Assembly (NCBI GenBank): GCA_965153285.1
Contig: OZ229119.1
From: Podarcis tiliguerta
Lineage: Eukaryota
DNA length: 64,000 bases
Direction: 5' to 3' (one strand)
The position numbers and the translations under genes were made by a program. Under the pieces are notes generated by a model, which was not told the origin of the DNA, did not search any database, and saw only the letters and a program-made list of their open reading frames with translations. Positions 38,455 to 50,954 of the stretch are shown piece after piece. How positions within the stretch are numbered: position 1 is the first letter of the stretch; each line of letters begins with the position of its first letter.

Positions 38455-41400
38455 TATGTTTGCCAATACACTGAGCCACCTCATGTTCCTAGGGCTGTAG
38501 AATCCAAATCTTGAAGATATGACTTCCAGCATCTTTTTAAAGAATTGCTAATTGTTCAATCAATGTCAATTGTACCTCTGCAACTTGCAACCACTCCCAT
38601 CCCCCAGGCACCGGATCTAGCTCTGCAGTCCAGTGCAGAGAAATCTTGAAAATTAAATGCAAAGATCCATATGATACCCAAACTCTGAGATCTTTGGCTG
38701 CAAACTTGACAGGAACACACATAAATATTCATCCCTAGTCTGCAGGTTTTGTGTTTGTAACACTGAAGGGAACCAGCTGCCACTCACGTACCCATGGGGC
38801 CTAGAGGAGTGAAGGAAGAGACTGAAGAAAAGGCCTTATTTTTGCACAGAAATTATTCTATCAGAAAACATCCCCCCCCCTCAAGAATAGCCTCATTTCT
38901 ACCCCTAATAACTAGTGATTTGGACCAATTCATTTTGAGCCTGTAACACCTGCAAGTGCAATAAGCCTTAAAGGGCCAGGAAAAGGGCGGGCTGTGAAAA
39001 GAATTTGTGACTCTGTTGCAGCAGAACTGGGAAAATTAGTGAAAGACGAGGAAAGCGACTTCCTCTTTCCACCAGAAAGCCTTAGCTGCCTATCAGGGCC
39101 TGGTGCATAGCAGGTCATCATAGTACTTTTGCCAGGCCAGGGAGTTAGAGGTTGGAGGGAAGGCTGGGCATGGTGAGGCAGAGACAATTCAGTGGCAGAA
39201 ACAGCAGGAAGACCCCAAATACGGAAGCTTTTAGTGGGTGTTGCATCTTCTCACATAGTGCCATTATGAAAATTCACAAGGCTTCTCTGCTGGTGGCGTC
39301 CTCTTTTGTGCCAGAGTTTGATGATGACATAAAGCAAGAAGGCAGAATCTTTTTCCACCCAAAGGCTGCATTTCCTTCTGGACAATCTTCCAGAAACCAC
39401 GCGCCAGAGATGAGCAGGGCCAGAGGGGAAAGTGTGCAGATCAATAAATGTAAAATTTGCTTTGCTTAGTGGGCTAGTTTCTACTGACGCTCATACCCCA
39501 CCATCCACCCACCCTCCAGGCAAGAACGAGGCATCACCAGAGTTCAACAACACATTCTACCTAGGCAAATACACTCAATGAGGGTGTGGAGCAGGGCCAG
39601 TGAGGGGTATGGTCTGTGAAGAGGGTATGTGACCAGGGAGTGGGTGTGGCTTAGGGAGAGTCCTGTGAGTCTGATAGGCCTGGAAGACAGCATATGGCTC
39701 CTAGGCCTGAGGTTCTCCACCTATGACACAAAGGGTGAATGCCTCAGGACCCATTGCAGGCTTGAGTACCTTAACACTTTCAAATGGAACAACATGGGAA
39801 AGCAAGTATGTCCTCTTGCTAATAGGTCATATGTAGAAGGTGGGTTTTTAGGAACTCTCAGATGTTCTGAACTAGGAATGCTTAAGAATTCTGTTTCATT
39901 TGCATTTTTTAAGCCAAGCAACCAGATGTACAAATTGAAACAAAGTTATCCCTTGGTTGTCACACTCCTCCAAACATTGTGGTACTGTTCTCAGCTCAAA
40001 GAACCACCAAAAAGCCTATTAAATTGTGTACTTTAGGCCAAAGTGCACACAAAATCATATATTTTAGGATAAAAAGTATATTTTATCTAAAGATATGTCA
40101 AAAAATGTGCGTCCTGTGAGGAAATAAGTAACAAAGAATGCAGATTTCCACGCAGATTTATGAAGAACAAGAGAGAAGGCGCTTATGAATGAACACATGC
40201 AAAACTGCTTCTGGGGACATGGCCAACTCCACCACTGGGCGGCAGATGCTGGAATTAGAGCAATGGGAGCCACCACCATCCAACCATTCCTTCTCAACAC
40301 CCTTCTCTCTCCTCTGTTGGAAGACAGAACTGGGTGTGCCATGTGGCTTGTCATGCAACCCCTGCACTTAGGCCTGTTGTCCTCAGGGGCAGTGGAGGAT
40401 GCCAATATTGAAGCAGAATTCCACTGCTAGTCCAGTCCGCTTCTGAACACGGAATCAGGAACAGTTCATAATTCTATGCATTTACCTGACAGGGTGATGC
40501 TGCAATGATAGCTTCCAGATAGCAGCATCACTGCTGCTTACAGGGATGGGAAGGGGCAAGATGGCAGCAAGGTTGGGGCTGTGTAGCCACACTGGTAGAG
40601 CCAATCCAGTGTTCCCACCTATGCATCCACACAGCCCCAGCCTTGCTGGTGCCTCATCCCTACCAGTGTGTGGCAAGTGATAGTGCTACCCAGAAGCTAT
40701 TGTGGCAGCTCTGCTCCAGTGGGCAAGCCACACCTGCATGCAGTTGGTGTGTGTGGATCATCTTTTTTGCCTCAGGCAGCAAAATGTCTTGGGCCAACTT
40801 AACCATCAATCATTATTCTGAACTCACTTAAAAACGTAAGAACAAATGTGTTCTAAAGAAACATCAAAGTGTAACATTCCAAAGAATAAACATATATATA
40901 TATATAATGTCCAGTAGCACCTTAGAGGCCAACTAAGTTTGTTCTTGTATAGGCTTTTGTGTGCTTGCTCACTTCTTCAGATACACAAAGGATACTTTTA
41001 CAGTTCATATAATTGAAGCCAATGTCTTCGAAAAACCAGAATCAATTTACATTCTTTGGTAAGTTATTCGTGAGGCAAAAAAAGAAAAGATACAGCATTA
41101 TTTAGCTATAGCTGCTCTTCCAGACACAGAGGGGAAGCAGCTTTTTAAAATGAAAGTGTTGCTTTTTAAAGTTTGTCTTTAAACAGTGAATAGAATTTTA
41201 CATGGCAATTTAACAAGGAAGTTTGCATTTGGGGGATATTCAGCAGGGCTAAATGTTTGGTGCAGGAGGTGTTTATGTAGCAGTTTTGTCCAGTTTTATC
41301 ATATCTGCTGTGGACTAAATTAGTGCTGACTTAAGCTCTAGTACAAGGCTGTGGTTTTGAGTATCCATAAAGCAGTACTACTGTTTTGCTAGGTGCAGAT

Positions 41401-43001
41401 AACCTCGGGGCTTATTCAAACTCCTGGAAGGAACATGATAGGCAATATTTGATTTCAACAGCTAAATATAATATTATTGATTTCTGATGTTCATAGTGCT
41501 ATCAGCAATATCTAAATAAAACAAAATTGGCAACAATATGATTGCAGGGAAGGAATGTGGCTATGATAAGTTTTGAAAATACAGCTTTTCAAAATACAAA
41601 AAACAAACAAACACAGGCATTGTGCAATTATCAGAATGCCAGAGCTCCCAATTCAACCGTTTTCCAAACACCCTAGAGATTTGAAGTTTGGTTACCCCCA
41701 AGACTTATGAAAAAACAGTTGGTTAATATTTCATCTACCATTTTGGTTATTATTATTGTCTCTATAAATCCCTCACTAAAGTCCTGTTTAATGTGAGTTA
41801 ATGAAAGTCATTGTGGATAAGATATCTGGAGTTCTTTTCTTTTGCTCACTCACCTGCCTGATAGATGCCACGGCTGCCCAACTGTAGCATGTTACTTACA
41901 TCTCAATCAATCCTACAACCCAACCCCAAATACATTTATTCAGGAGAAGCTCCCAGTGTGTTCTGTAAAATGTACTCTCTGGTAAATAAATAAGTTTAGG
42001 GGTTCAATTGAAAGACTACTGCATTTGTGAGAAGAAAAGAAGCTTTCTTTTACTTTTGTTTGTTTGCTACTTGACCTGCTCCTCATTTCTTTCATTATTG
42101 TCTCCTAATGAGAAGTTTGTTGTTATTAGGAAGTTACAAAGCTGCCTTATACGAGCCAGACCAATAGTCCATCTAGCTCTGTATTATCTACGATGGTTGT
42201 GGCTCTCCAGGGTTTCAGTCTTTCCCAGCCCTACCTGAGGGAGCTGAGGGGCAAACCTGGCACTGTCTGCACACAAAACAGATGCTCTACCACTGAGCTA
42301 CGGCTGGAAGGCACCAAGAAATCCAGTGAGGGATGTTTTTCTTCTACAGTGATGCATCAGACACTCAAATGCTGCACCTGTTGCTTCTCTACCTATCACA
42401 AAGCTCTGGAACACACAAGAGCCAGTAAACAAAACAGGCAGAAACTCCCTTCATCTGTAATTTAGCTTAGTAAGTTCTCAAACTTTTTTGCCCTTTTGTG
42501 AGCTTAAATTGCTGTAGCTACGGGTGACACTAAGTGGCCAAGGGGAAGGGGTTCCACCAATTTCCTTGCAACCAAGGGCCCAAACAAACTTGGAGTCGAG
42601 TCTGTCTATACAGAAGTCTATATGAAGGAGGAATATTTCATCTTCCAAATGTTGACATGCATAACTCATGTTGCCTCCAGTGTGCTGAATGTCCCAAGAT
42701 ATGCGACCACATTGCTCAGTGAACTAGAAGCCATTGTGTGTCCACAATACCCCCTTTTGATATATTCCTTCTGACAGGTATTTGAGATGGATAGGATCCA
42801 CCATGTCCTCATCATGAATCTCTGACAACGAATTTCAACTAAACTGTCACTCCACTTTTTATGTTCTACATAATGATGCTGATAGTGTGCTATCTATTAT
42901 CACTGATGCTTGTTTCCTGTCTGGATTAGAAAACTCTTCCCAAATTCAGTGTTCATTTATCTTGTAGGAGTTTTAAACTAGTTTCATGATGTAATGCATT
43001 G

Positions 43002-43138
43002 CAGGGGTAGAGAACCTGTGCTACTTCAGGCCTTGTTGACTCTTAACTTTCATTAGCCCCAGCCAGGATCTCGAATTGTCAGAGAGGATGGGAATTGTAG
43101 TCCAACAGCATCTGGAGAGTCATAGGTTCCCATTCCTG
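43002..43138. mobile_element. Degenerate hAT-type MITE related to 5953-6088
   Basis: CAGGGGTAGAGAACCTGTG...GATGGGAATTGTAGTCCAACAGCATCTGGAG...GGTTCCCATTCCTG. TSD not recognisable. Further decayed copies at about 30350-30440, 33776-33910 and 47297-47425. Confidence 0.6.
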
Positions 43139-43827
43139 CTGTAGCACCTCAAGGCTGTAAGACAACACTGCATTAAAAAAAAAAATTCCCTGAGCTTGCA
43201 TAACCCCTGCAGTTTCAAAGTGTTACCCCTGTATTGTTTTCAACATACATTAACTATGAAGTATGGATTACTGCAGAGGGTGCCAATGTTGGGGGGGGGG
43301 GGGCAATGGCCATATCTGGAATTCTGAGGAAGTTCCGTGGGTGTGTCCCAAAAAGGCTGCCATTGAGTGTGGCACAACAAAAAATGGCTGCCACATCTAA
43401 AAGAGCAGAAAAAGTGAAAGGACCACAAAATTACTTAGGCATCTCCCCCCCCCCTCCGCCCCCAGTCAAGAGGTAGAAGGGCACCTGCATCAGTCACCAC
43501 CATATTCAGTCACAGAGGAAAGCTCTTTGCACCTCTCCTCTGTTCAGATTTTTCTATTATTGTCTCTTGCAGTTATTACTGTTGTGAATTGCTTTGGTAT
43601 TCACTGAATGAAAAGTGGCATGATGATGATGGTGATGTCTGGACCCCCATTGTAACCTATCAAGGATGCTAGACTGGATTACCTTTGAAGTCCCTTCCTG
43701 TTCTATGATTCTATAATTCAGGAAGGAGGGAGCTTTCTGACTCCAAGGTCCACACTCGCTCACTGCTAACCATCCAGAGTCCATGCGTCAGCAGCGGGAA
43801 GGGCCACACCCTCATACATAACCCACA

Positions 43828-43834
<7 letters not shown>

Positions 43835-43894
<60 letters not shown>
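43835..43894 (+). repeat. Compound (TC)n(AC)n microsatellite
   Basis: Seen directly. Confidence 0.92.
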
Positions 43895-44176
43895 CATTTT
43901 CGCACAATTAAAAGTAAAAATTGGTCAGAAGGTAGATTTTGAATAATTGCCCTCATCAATGGAGTGCAATATCCAAATTGGAAATTGAATCTGCCAGAGT
44001 GCCACACAATCCCTAATCAATATATATGTGGGTGGCTCTCTAAATCTGATCCCTGGAAGAAACCCCATGCAGAGGTGTATTCTAAGAACTTTTCCAGACG
44101 ATTTCCTCAAGAAGCCAATGTTAAGCAGAATCCTGATTTGAGACCTCATGAGTCCCAAGCTGGCTGAGTTTTCTTA

Positions 44177-44330
44177 GGGCATCTCCACACCATACATTTA
44201 AAGCACATCTTAAGTGCATGGCTTCCCTGGAAACTATAGTTTACCTCTCACAGAGCTATCATTCCCAACACCCACAAAACTACAGTTTCCAGGAGTCTTT
44301 GAGGGAAGCCATGCGCTTTAAATATACACA
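44177..44330. mobile_element. Degenerate palindromic MITE, same family as the host element at 48420-51115
   Basis: CACACCATACATTTAAAGCAC...CATGGCTTCCC...GGGAAGCCATGCGCTTTAAATATAC, with inverted arms. Confidence 0.6.
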
Positions 44331-47300
44331 TCAACTTTTGTCACTATTTCCCTCAGAAATGCAGATTCTGAATCATCCTCTCAGATATACCTTTACCAGG
44401 TCCTAAGTGAGGAATCAAAGCCAGGAACTCAAAGCAAACTCTGAGACCTTCACTTCTTCCCTGTTAATGGTGAAACGTATAACCAAAGTGCTTCCTGAGT
44501 AATGTTGGTGCACTGGTGTTCTCAAATATGACATGTGCTTGGCAGCAAGATTTTAATAGTTGTCTCTGTAAATTGTAGTCAGTGATATCACTGAGTTGGG
44601 AATAAGAAAAGAAATAATTATCAAGGAACTCTGAGATTAAAAGAACATAAAAGGAAGCTAAAAATAGCAAGTTTAAAGAAGGTTGTTCTTCTAAAATGGC
44701 TAAAATCATAGCAGGGATCTAATTAGCAAAGAAATCTTCCATCACATTTCGTCACATGCAGTAAAGTGCACATAGTAGGTTCAGTAGCTTGACTCAACCT
44801 CCATGCAGAATCCAAATTTATGCAATCTCTGCGTTAACTAGACTGTTTAGTAATTCAGAACTACACAACCTCTTCTCTGACTGTATTGAATCTCTGATCA
44901 GAGCAGCTTCTTGCAACCAAGTTACTACATAGGCTCTACATTGACCTTGTTGCTAGGCTACATCATCCCTTCACTGCATAAAAATTGAAGACTTATAGAA
45001 TCATAGAATTGTAGAGTTTGAAGGGATCCTGAGGATCATCTAGTCTAACCCAATGCAAAGCAGGAAGCTCAACTAAAGCATCCAAACTCCAAACTTCTCC
45101 ATGCTGGCAGAGATAAGGGATCACATAAGCCCTCATTGTTACATCTGAAACAGCACCCCAATTCTACAAGTTGTATCCTGAATTGAAAAGTTCATTTTGA
45201 GTGATGTTTTCCATGTAACTTCATTGTAATAATTCAAAGGCAGGTATCTGGGTGTCTGCTATTCAATAAATTTTCTGTTGGTGATAAATTCTGGCAAGAG
45301 GTTTTTTATGCAGATGCATTTATGGGAATTAATAAAATAATAAAATACGGATGCAAAATGTTAATTCTAAATGTGGCCACCAGTCTTCTCAGCACAAATA
45401 TGCACACCAGAAATATACAGCATTTTACCAAATGCTACCAATATCTGAAGCACGTAAATCTCTCTGTGGAGGAAACATGTGAAGCCACTCTTTGCACTAT
45501 GCACCAATGTGAAAAGAGGATAAGCAAAGCAGTCAGTCACACATTTCTTCTTTTGCTGTTTCCAACTGATCCAATTAATATAAATGACCAATTTGCTGCA
45601 TCTCCAATGGATTAAAATACTAGGGATAAAATACTGAGCGTGAGTGAGCGCTAGTAACAAAGTACTGAGGAGAAAATAAGGGGGCAGATATGTTAAACAC
45701 TTGTGCAATCATGGCAACAGGGTGAGGAGGTCAGGGCAGTGAAGTCTTACTGCAACTGCCTACCTGGTACACAGGCTGTGGATGTCATGTGCCATGAAGA
45801 TCATGTGAGAGAGGAATGAATGGTTTTTGCATATCAGCACCAGAGATACTGGGAAATACAGTTCTGAGGTTCCTGAGCAAAAATATATGTTACAATAATT
45901 CTCCAGTGCACAAAATTTCTATGCACAGAGCCTGCTACACAGAGTGTCAGAGTCTCAATGCCTTGACATCTGTATGTTAGCCCAGCAGAGAAAATAGCAG
46001 CTCTGAGGGGATTTTAAATGGACAAACAACATGGTAGAAAATAATTAACATCCCTCCTCCCTGGCCGTGGTCCTGATCAAATTTGCACATGCTTGGCTGC
46101 TTTTAAAAGAGACAGGACATCTGATTTTGGGCCACCAATGTCTCGTTTAATCCGGCCCTTAGGGAAGGGGGTTAAACAAATGCATGGAAGATAGGTCTAT
46201 CAACAGCTGTTAACTACGATAGTTAAATGGAATCTCCAGGCTCAGAGACAGAGACAGTGTGCCTCTGAATATCAGGTATGAGCAAAAGAAAAGAATGCAT
46301 GTTGACTGTTCTAGTTACACAGGCTTCCTGGAAGCATCTGGCTAGCTGAACTAGGTGTACTCTTGGTCTGACTTAGAAGGGCTCCTCTTATTTTACTCAG
46401 TAGTAGAGCACAGTCCCTGAAATCTCCAGGCAGAAAACCCCTTAGCTAAAACCCTGGAGAGCCACGGCTAGTCAACATAAACAATACTGAGCTAAATGGA
46501 CCAATAATCTGACTCAGGATAATGGAGCTTCACATTTTCCTATTTTCTTATGGGCAGCTTCAAAGGGAACAAGAACAGAAATATAATGTCCAAAACCCAT
46601 CATGTAATACTGCAGCAAGATAAGAGGAAAAGACAGCACAGAATTACTGTTAGCCGCACCTTGAAACTGTAATCTTTTAAATCATGTGCTGATTATTTCT
46701 TTCCATCTTGCCTCAAGTGTAGCCTATTGGGAGATTTTCACACATGCCCCTCTTCCAGCATGAGTGAAATCCAAGTCCAAAAGTCAGCATGCCTATTCTC
46801 TGCATGTCTTTAGGCTTTATCTGCTTAAGGTACTGAGAAAAAACACATTTGTACTCCCATTAATCCTGAAGAGTCCCATTACAAGTTTTTACCACCATTA
46901 ATCCCTGCAGCGTTGAGGAAGAGAGAGGATCCTATGAGGAATGAGTCAAAGCTAAAGCACATCACAGTCATACCAGTGTTTTAAGCCGTTCCACTTTGAG
47001 CTGAGATTTAAAGGGGGGCAGGAAAGACAAAAAATATATCACATGTTGGTGTATTTAAACATTCATAACTTTATAACTAACCAGTCTATTTTCTTCCAAC
47101 AAAGAAAGGGCACAAGCAACTTAAAAAGGCCAAATCTGAAAACTCAATGGTACATCTTGATTTGCAACTCTTTGTCCACAGACCTCATAAATCACTTCTA
47201 TTCTTCCTACTTCCTAATGGTAGCAGCAGCCCTTAAACACTGTGTAAAATTGAAGCATCCAGCTAATGTGAAAAGTATTCAATGAAGAATTCAGATCAGG

Positions 47301-48583
47301 GGTAGGAAACCTGTTGCTCTCCAGATGTTGTTAGACTCCAGTCCCCCACCCAGACCCATCTAACATGGTTAATGGTCAGTGATGATGGCAGAACCCTCTG
47401 AAGAGTCACAGGTTCCCCACCATGTGCTAGGTGAGATCTCTTCCTGTAACAAGTGTTCCATAGCTTAAGAACTGGAAAGTGCTGCCTGGCACCTCAATCC
47501 TGAATATATTTACTCAAAAGCAGGCCTAATTGATTTGAAAGGAGCTTAGTTTCACAGAAAGTATGCTTAGGATCCCAGTCTATAACAATGAGGATGTACT
47601 TATCTTTAAGTAAAATCCTACTGATTTTTAAACTAGGCTGTTCAAGTGTTTAAAGGTAAGGATGTGTTTTGCTAGATTATGTTTCATATCCAGGGGCCTA
47701 GCCGAATAATAAGATTTATGTGCCTTGGATTTTAAGATTAAAATGTTGAAAAGAATAACACTAAAAACCAGTAACATGGACAAATCAACTGCACCAAAAA
47801 GCGCAGAATCATAGAAATAAACTGCAATCCTATTTCTATTGTGAAAAATAACCCCTTTATTTCAAATAAGTTCAGCATCTTCTATGAATGTATACATTCA
47901 GAGATATGAACACCTGCCTGTTACGCTATCACCGATTTGTCCTTTAACCTTTGGCCCCTTCCTTTGATCTTAAAGAGTAAGGAACTGGGAAATGGATATT
48001 TAAGGGAACAATTATCTGAAGGGGGAAATAATTGGAGGCATGTATACATGGGAATTTGTTTGGAGGGATCTGCTAGAGGTAGAAAATAGGTTCAGCAAAA
48101 ATGAGCCATGAGAATGATGAAACTGGGTTTAGCTATGGAATCAGAACATAGGAAGATCCCTGCTAGGCTCACAGAAAATCCCAACGAATTCTACATTCTG
48201 TTTCAGCATAAGCAAGATGTGAAGGTGAGACCAACACTGCCTTTTTCGTTCTCAAGAATCATTTGATATTCAGAGGTATACTGCCCCATCATGATTCATT
48301 ATCAAAGGTAAAAGCTTCTGATTAACCTGTCCCCCTATAATTTGTTTAATTGTTTCAAAAGCAACAGAGCTATTGGCCTCCATTATACCTGCCACAAGAA
48401 AAGCATTGTATGAAGAGTGAGCTGCATTCTGGGAGCTGTTGTTGGTGAAAGGTGCTGAGAATTGTTAGGAGGTCACCAATTCCTCTCACAGAACTACAAT
48501 TTCCAAAGTTCCCTGGGATGAGGGATTGATTGTTAAATGTAGCTCTGGGAATTGTAGCTCTGGGAGGAAACAGGGTATCTATA

Positions 48584-50954
48584 CCGTATTTTTCGCCCTA
48601 TAGGACGCACCGTCCCATAAGGCGCACCTAGTTTTTTGGGGGGGAAATAAAGGAAAAAAATTATTTCCCCCCCAGGCGCGGGGTTGGGGAAGCCCGAGCT
48701 TCCCCCGACCCCAGCCCCCAAACAGGCAGCTCTCTGCAAGCCGTGGGAGCCCAGTGCTGGCTCCCGCTGCTAGCGGAGAGGTCCGCGAAGCCTGGGCGCG
48801 CTGAGCTCAGCGCGCGCAGGCTTCGGCATGCAGGCACCTCTCCGCCAGCAGCGGGAGCGTTCCCGCTGCTAGCGGAGAGGTCCGCGAAGCCTGGGCGCGC
48901 TGAGCTCAGCGCGCGCAGGCTTCGGCATGCAGGCACGTCTCCGCCAGCAGCGGGAGCGTTCCCGCTGCTAGCGGAGAGGTCCGCGAAGCCTGGGCGCGCT
49001 GAGCTCAGCGCGCGCAGGCTTCCGCATGCAGGCACGTCTCCGCCAGCAGCGGGAGCGTTCCCGCTGCTAGCGGAGAGGTCCGCGAAGCCTGGGCGCGCTG
49101 AGCTCAGCGCGCGCAGGCTTCGGCATGCAGGCACGTCTCCGCCAGCAGCGGGAGCGTTCCCGCTGCTAGCGGAGAGGTCAGCGAAGCCTGGGCGCGCTGA
49201 GCTCAGCGCGCGCAGGCTTCCGCATGCAGGCACCTCTCCGCCAGCAGCGGGAGCGTTCCCGCTGCTAGCGGAGAGGTCCGCGAAGCCTGGGCGCGCTGAG
49301 CTCAGCGCGCGCAGGCTTCGGCATGCAGGCACCTCTCCGCCAGCAGCGGGAGCGTTCCCGCTGCTAGCGGAGAGGTCCGCGAAGCCTGGGCGCGCTGAGC
49401 TCAGCGCGCGCAGGCTTCGGCATGCAGGCACCTCTCCGCCAGCAGCGGGAGCGTTCCCGCTGCTAGCGGAGAGGTCCGCGAAGCCTGGGCGCGCTGAGCT
49501 CAGCGCGCGCAGGCTTCGGCATGCAGGCACATCTCCGCCAGCAGCGGGAGCGTTCCCGCTGCTAGCGGAGAGGTCCGCGAAGCCTGGGCGCGCTGAGCTC
49601 AGCGCGCGCAGGCTTCGGCATGCAGGCACCTCTCCGCCAGCAGCGGGAGCGTTCCCGCTGCTAGCGGAGAGGTCCGCGAAGCCTGGGCGCGCTGAGCTCA
49701 GCGCGCGCAGGCTTCGGCATGCAGGCACGTCTCCGCCAGCAGCGGGAGCGTTCCCGCTGCTAGCGGAGAGGTCCGCGAAGCCTGGGCGCGCTGAGCTCAG
49801 CGCGCGCAGGCTTCCGCATGCAGGCACCTCTCCGCCAGCAGCGGGAGCGTTCCCGCTGCTAGCGGAGAGGTCCGCGAAGCCTGGGCGCGCTGAGCTCAGC
49901 GCGCGCAGGCTTCGGCATGCAGGCACCTCTCCGCCAGCAGCGGGAGCGTTCCCGCTGCTAGCGGAGAGGTCCGCGAAGCCTGGGCGCGCTGAGCTCAGCG
50001 CGCGCAGGCTTCGGCATGCAGGCACCTCTCCGCCAGCAGCGGGAGCGTTCCCGCTGCTAGCGGAGAGGTCCGCGAAGCCTGGGCGCGCTGAGCTCAGCGC
50101 GCGCAGGCTTCGGCATGCAGGCACCTCTCCGCCAGCAGCGGGAGCGTTCCCGCTGCTAGCGGAGAGGTCCGCGAAGCCTGGGCGCGCTGAGCTCAGCGCG
50201 CGCAGGCTTCGGCATGCAGGCACCTCTCCGCCAGCAGCGGGAGCGTTCCCGCTGCTAGCGGAGAGGTCCGCGAAGCCTGGGCGCGCTGAGCTCAGCGCGC
50301 GCAGGCTTCGGCATGCAGGCACCTCTCCGCCAGCAGCGGGAGCGTTCCCGCTGCTAGCGGAGAGGTCCGCGAAGCCTGGGCGCGCTGAGCTCAGCGCGCG
50401 CAGGCTTCGGCATGCAGGCACGTCTCCGCCAGCAGCGGGAGCGTTCCCGCTGCTAGCGGAGAGGTCCGCGAAGCCTGGGCGCGCTGAGCTCAGCGCGCGC
50501 AGGCTTCGGCATGCAGGCACCTCTCCGCCAGCAGCGGGAGCGTTCCCTCTGCTAGCGGAGAGGTCCGCGAAGCCTGGGCGCGCTGAGCTCAGCGCGCGCA
50601 GGCTTCGGCATGCAGGCACGTCTCCGCCAGCAGCGGGAGCGTTCCCGCTGCTAGCGGAGAGGTCCGCGAAGCCTGGGCGCGCTGAGCTCAGCGCGCGCAG
50701 GCTTCCGCATGCAGGCACCTCTCCGCCAGCAGCGGGAGCGTTCCCGCTGCTAGCGGAGAGGTCCGCGAAGCCTGGGCGCGCTGAGCTCAGCGCGCGCAGG
50801 CTTCCGCATGCAGGCACCTCTCCGCCAGCAGCGGGAGCGTTCCCGCTGCTAGCGGAGAGGTCCGCGAAGCCTGCATTCGCCCCATAGGACGCACCCAGAT
50901 TTCCCCTTCATTTTTGGAGGGGAAAAAGTGCGTCCTATAGGGCGAAAAATACGG
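48584..50954. mobile_element. Non-autonomous Tc1/mariner-superfamily (Tc2/pogo-like) DNA transposon, 2371 bp, carrying an internal tandem array
   Basis: Perfect 27-bp TIRs: CCGTATTTTTCGCCCTATAGGACGCAC at 48584-48610 and its reverse complement at 50928-50954. TA target duplication at 48582-48583 and 50955-50956. Subterminal TIR-like repeats CCCATAAGGCGCAC (about 48614) and TTCGCCCCATAGGACGCAC (about 50876). CCGTA termini with TA duplication are typical of Tc2-type elements. No transposase. Confidence 0.93.
48762..50873. repeat. Tandem array: 21 full copies plus 33 bp of a 99-bp GC-rich palindromic unit
   Basis: Unit TCCCGCTGCTAGCGGAGAGGTCCGCGAAGCCTGGGCGCGCTGAGCTCAGCGCGCGCAGGCTTCGGCATGCAGGCACCTCTCCGCCAGCAGCGGGAGCGT. 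Unit starts fall at 48762+99n up to 50841. Hand count gives 72/99 GC and 13 CpG per unit. Confidence 0.98.

Noticed and set aside
48762-50873. CRISPR-like or attC/integron-like array
   Set aside because: The units are contiguous and near-identical with no unique spacers or cassettes, there are no cas or integrase genes, and the context is a vertebrate intron.
48661-50887. Two antiparallel ORFs of 714 and 718 aa made of 33-aa repeats
   Set aside because: They follow from a 99-bp (33-codon), 73% GC palindromic unit with few stop codons. The + ORF starts at GTG, the - ORF starts inside the repeat, there is no transposase or other domain, and both lie within a MITE in an intron. Only Ribo-seq or peptide evidence would revive them.
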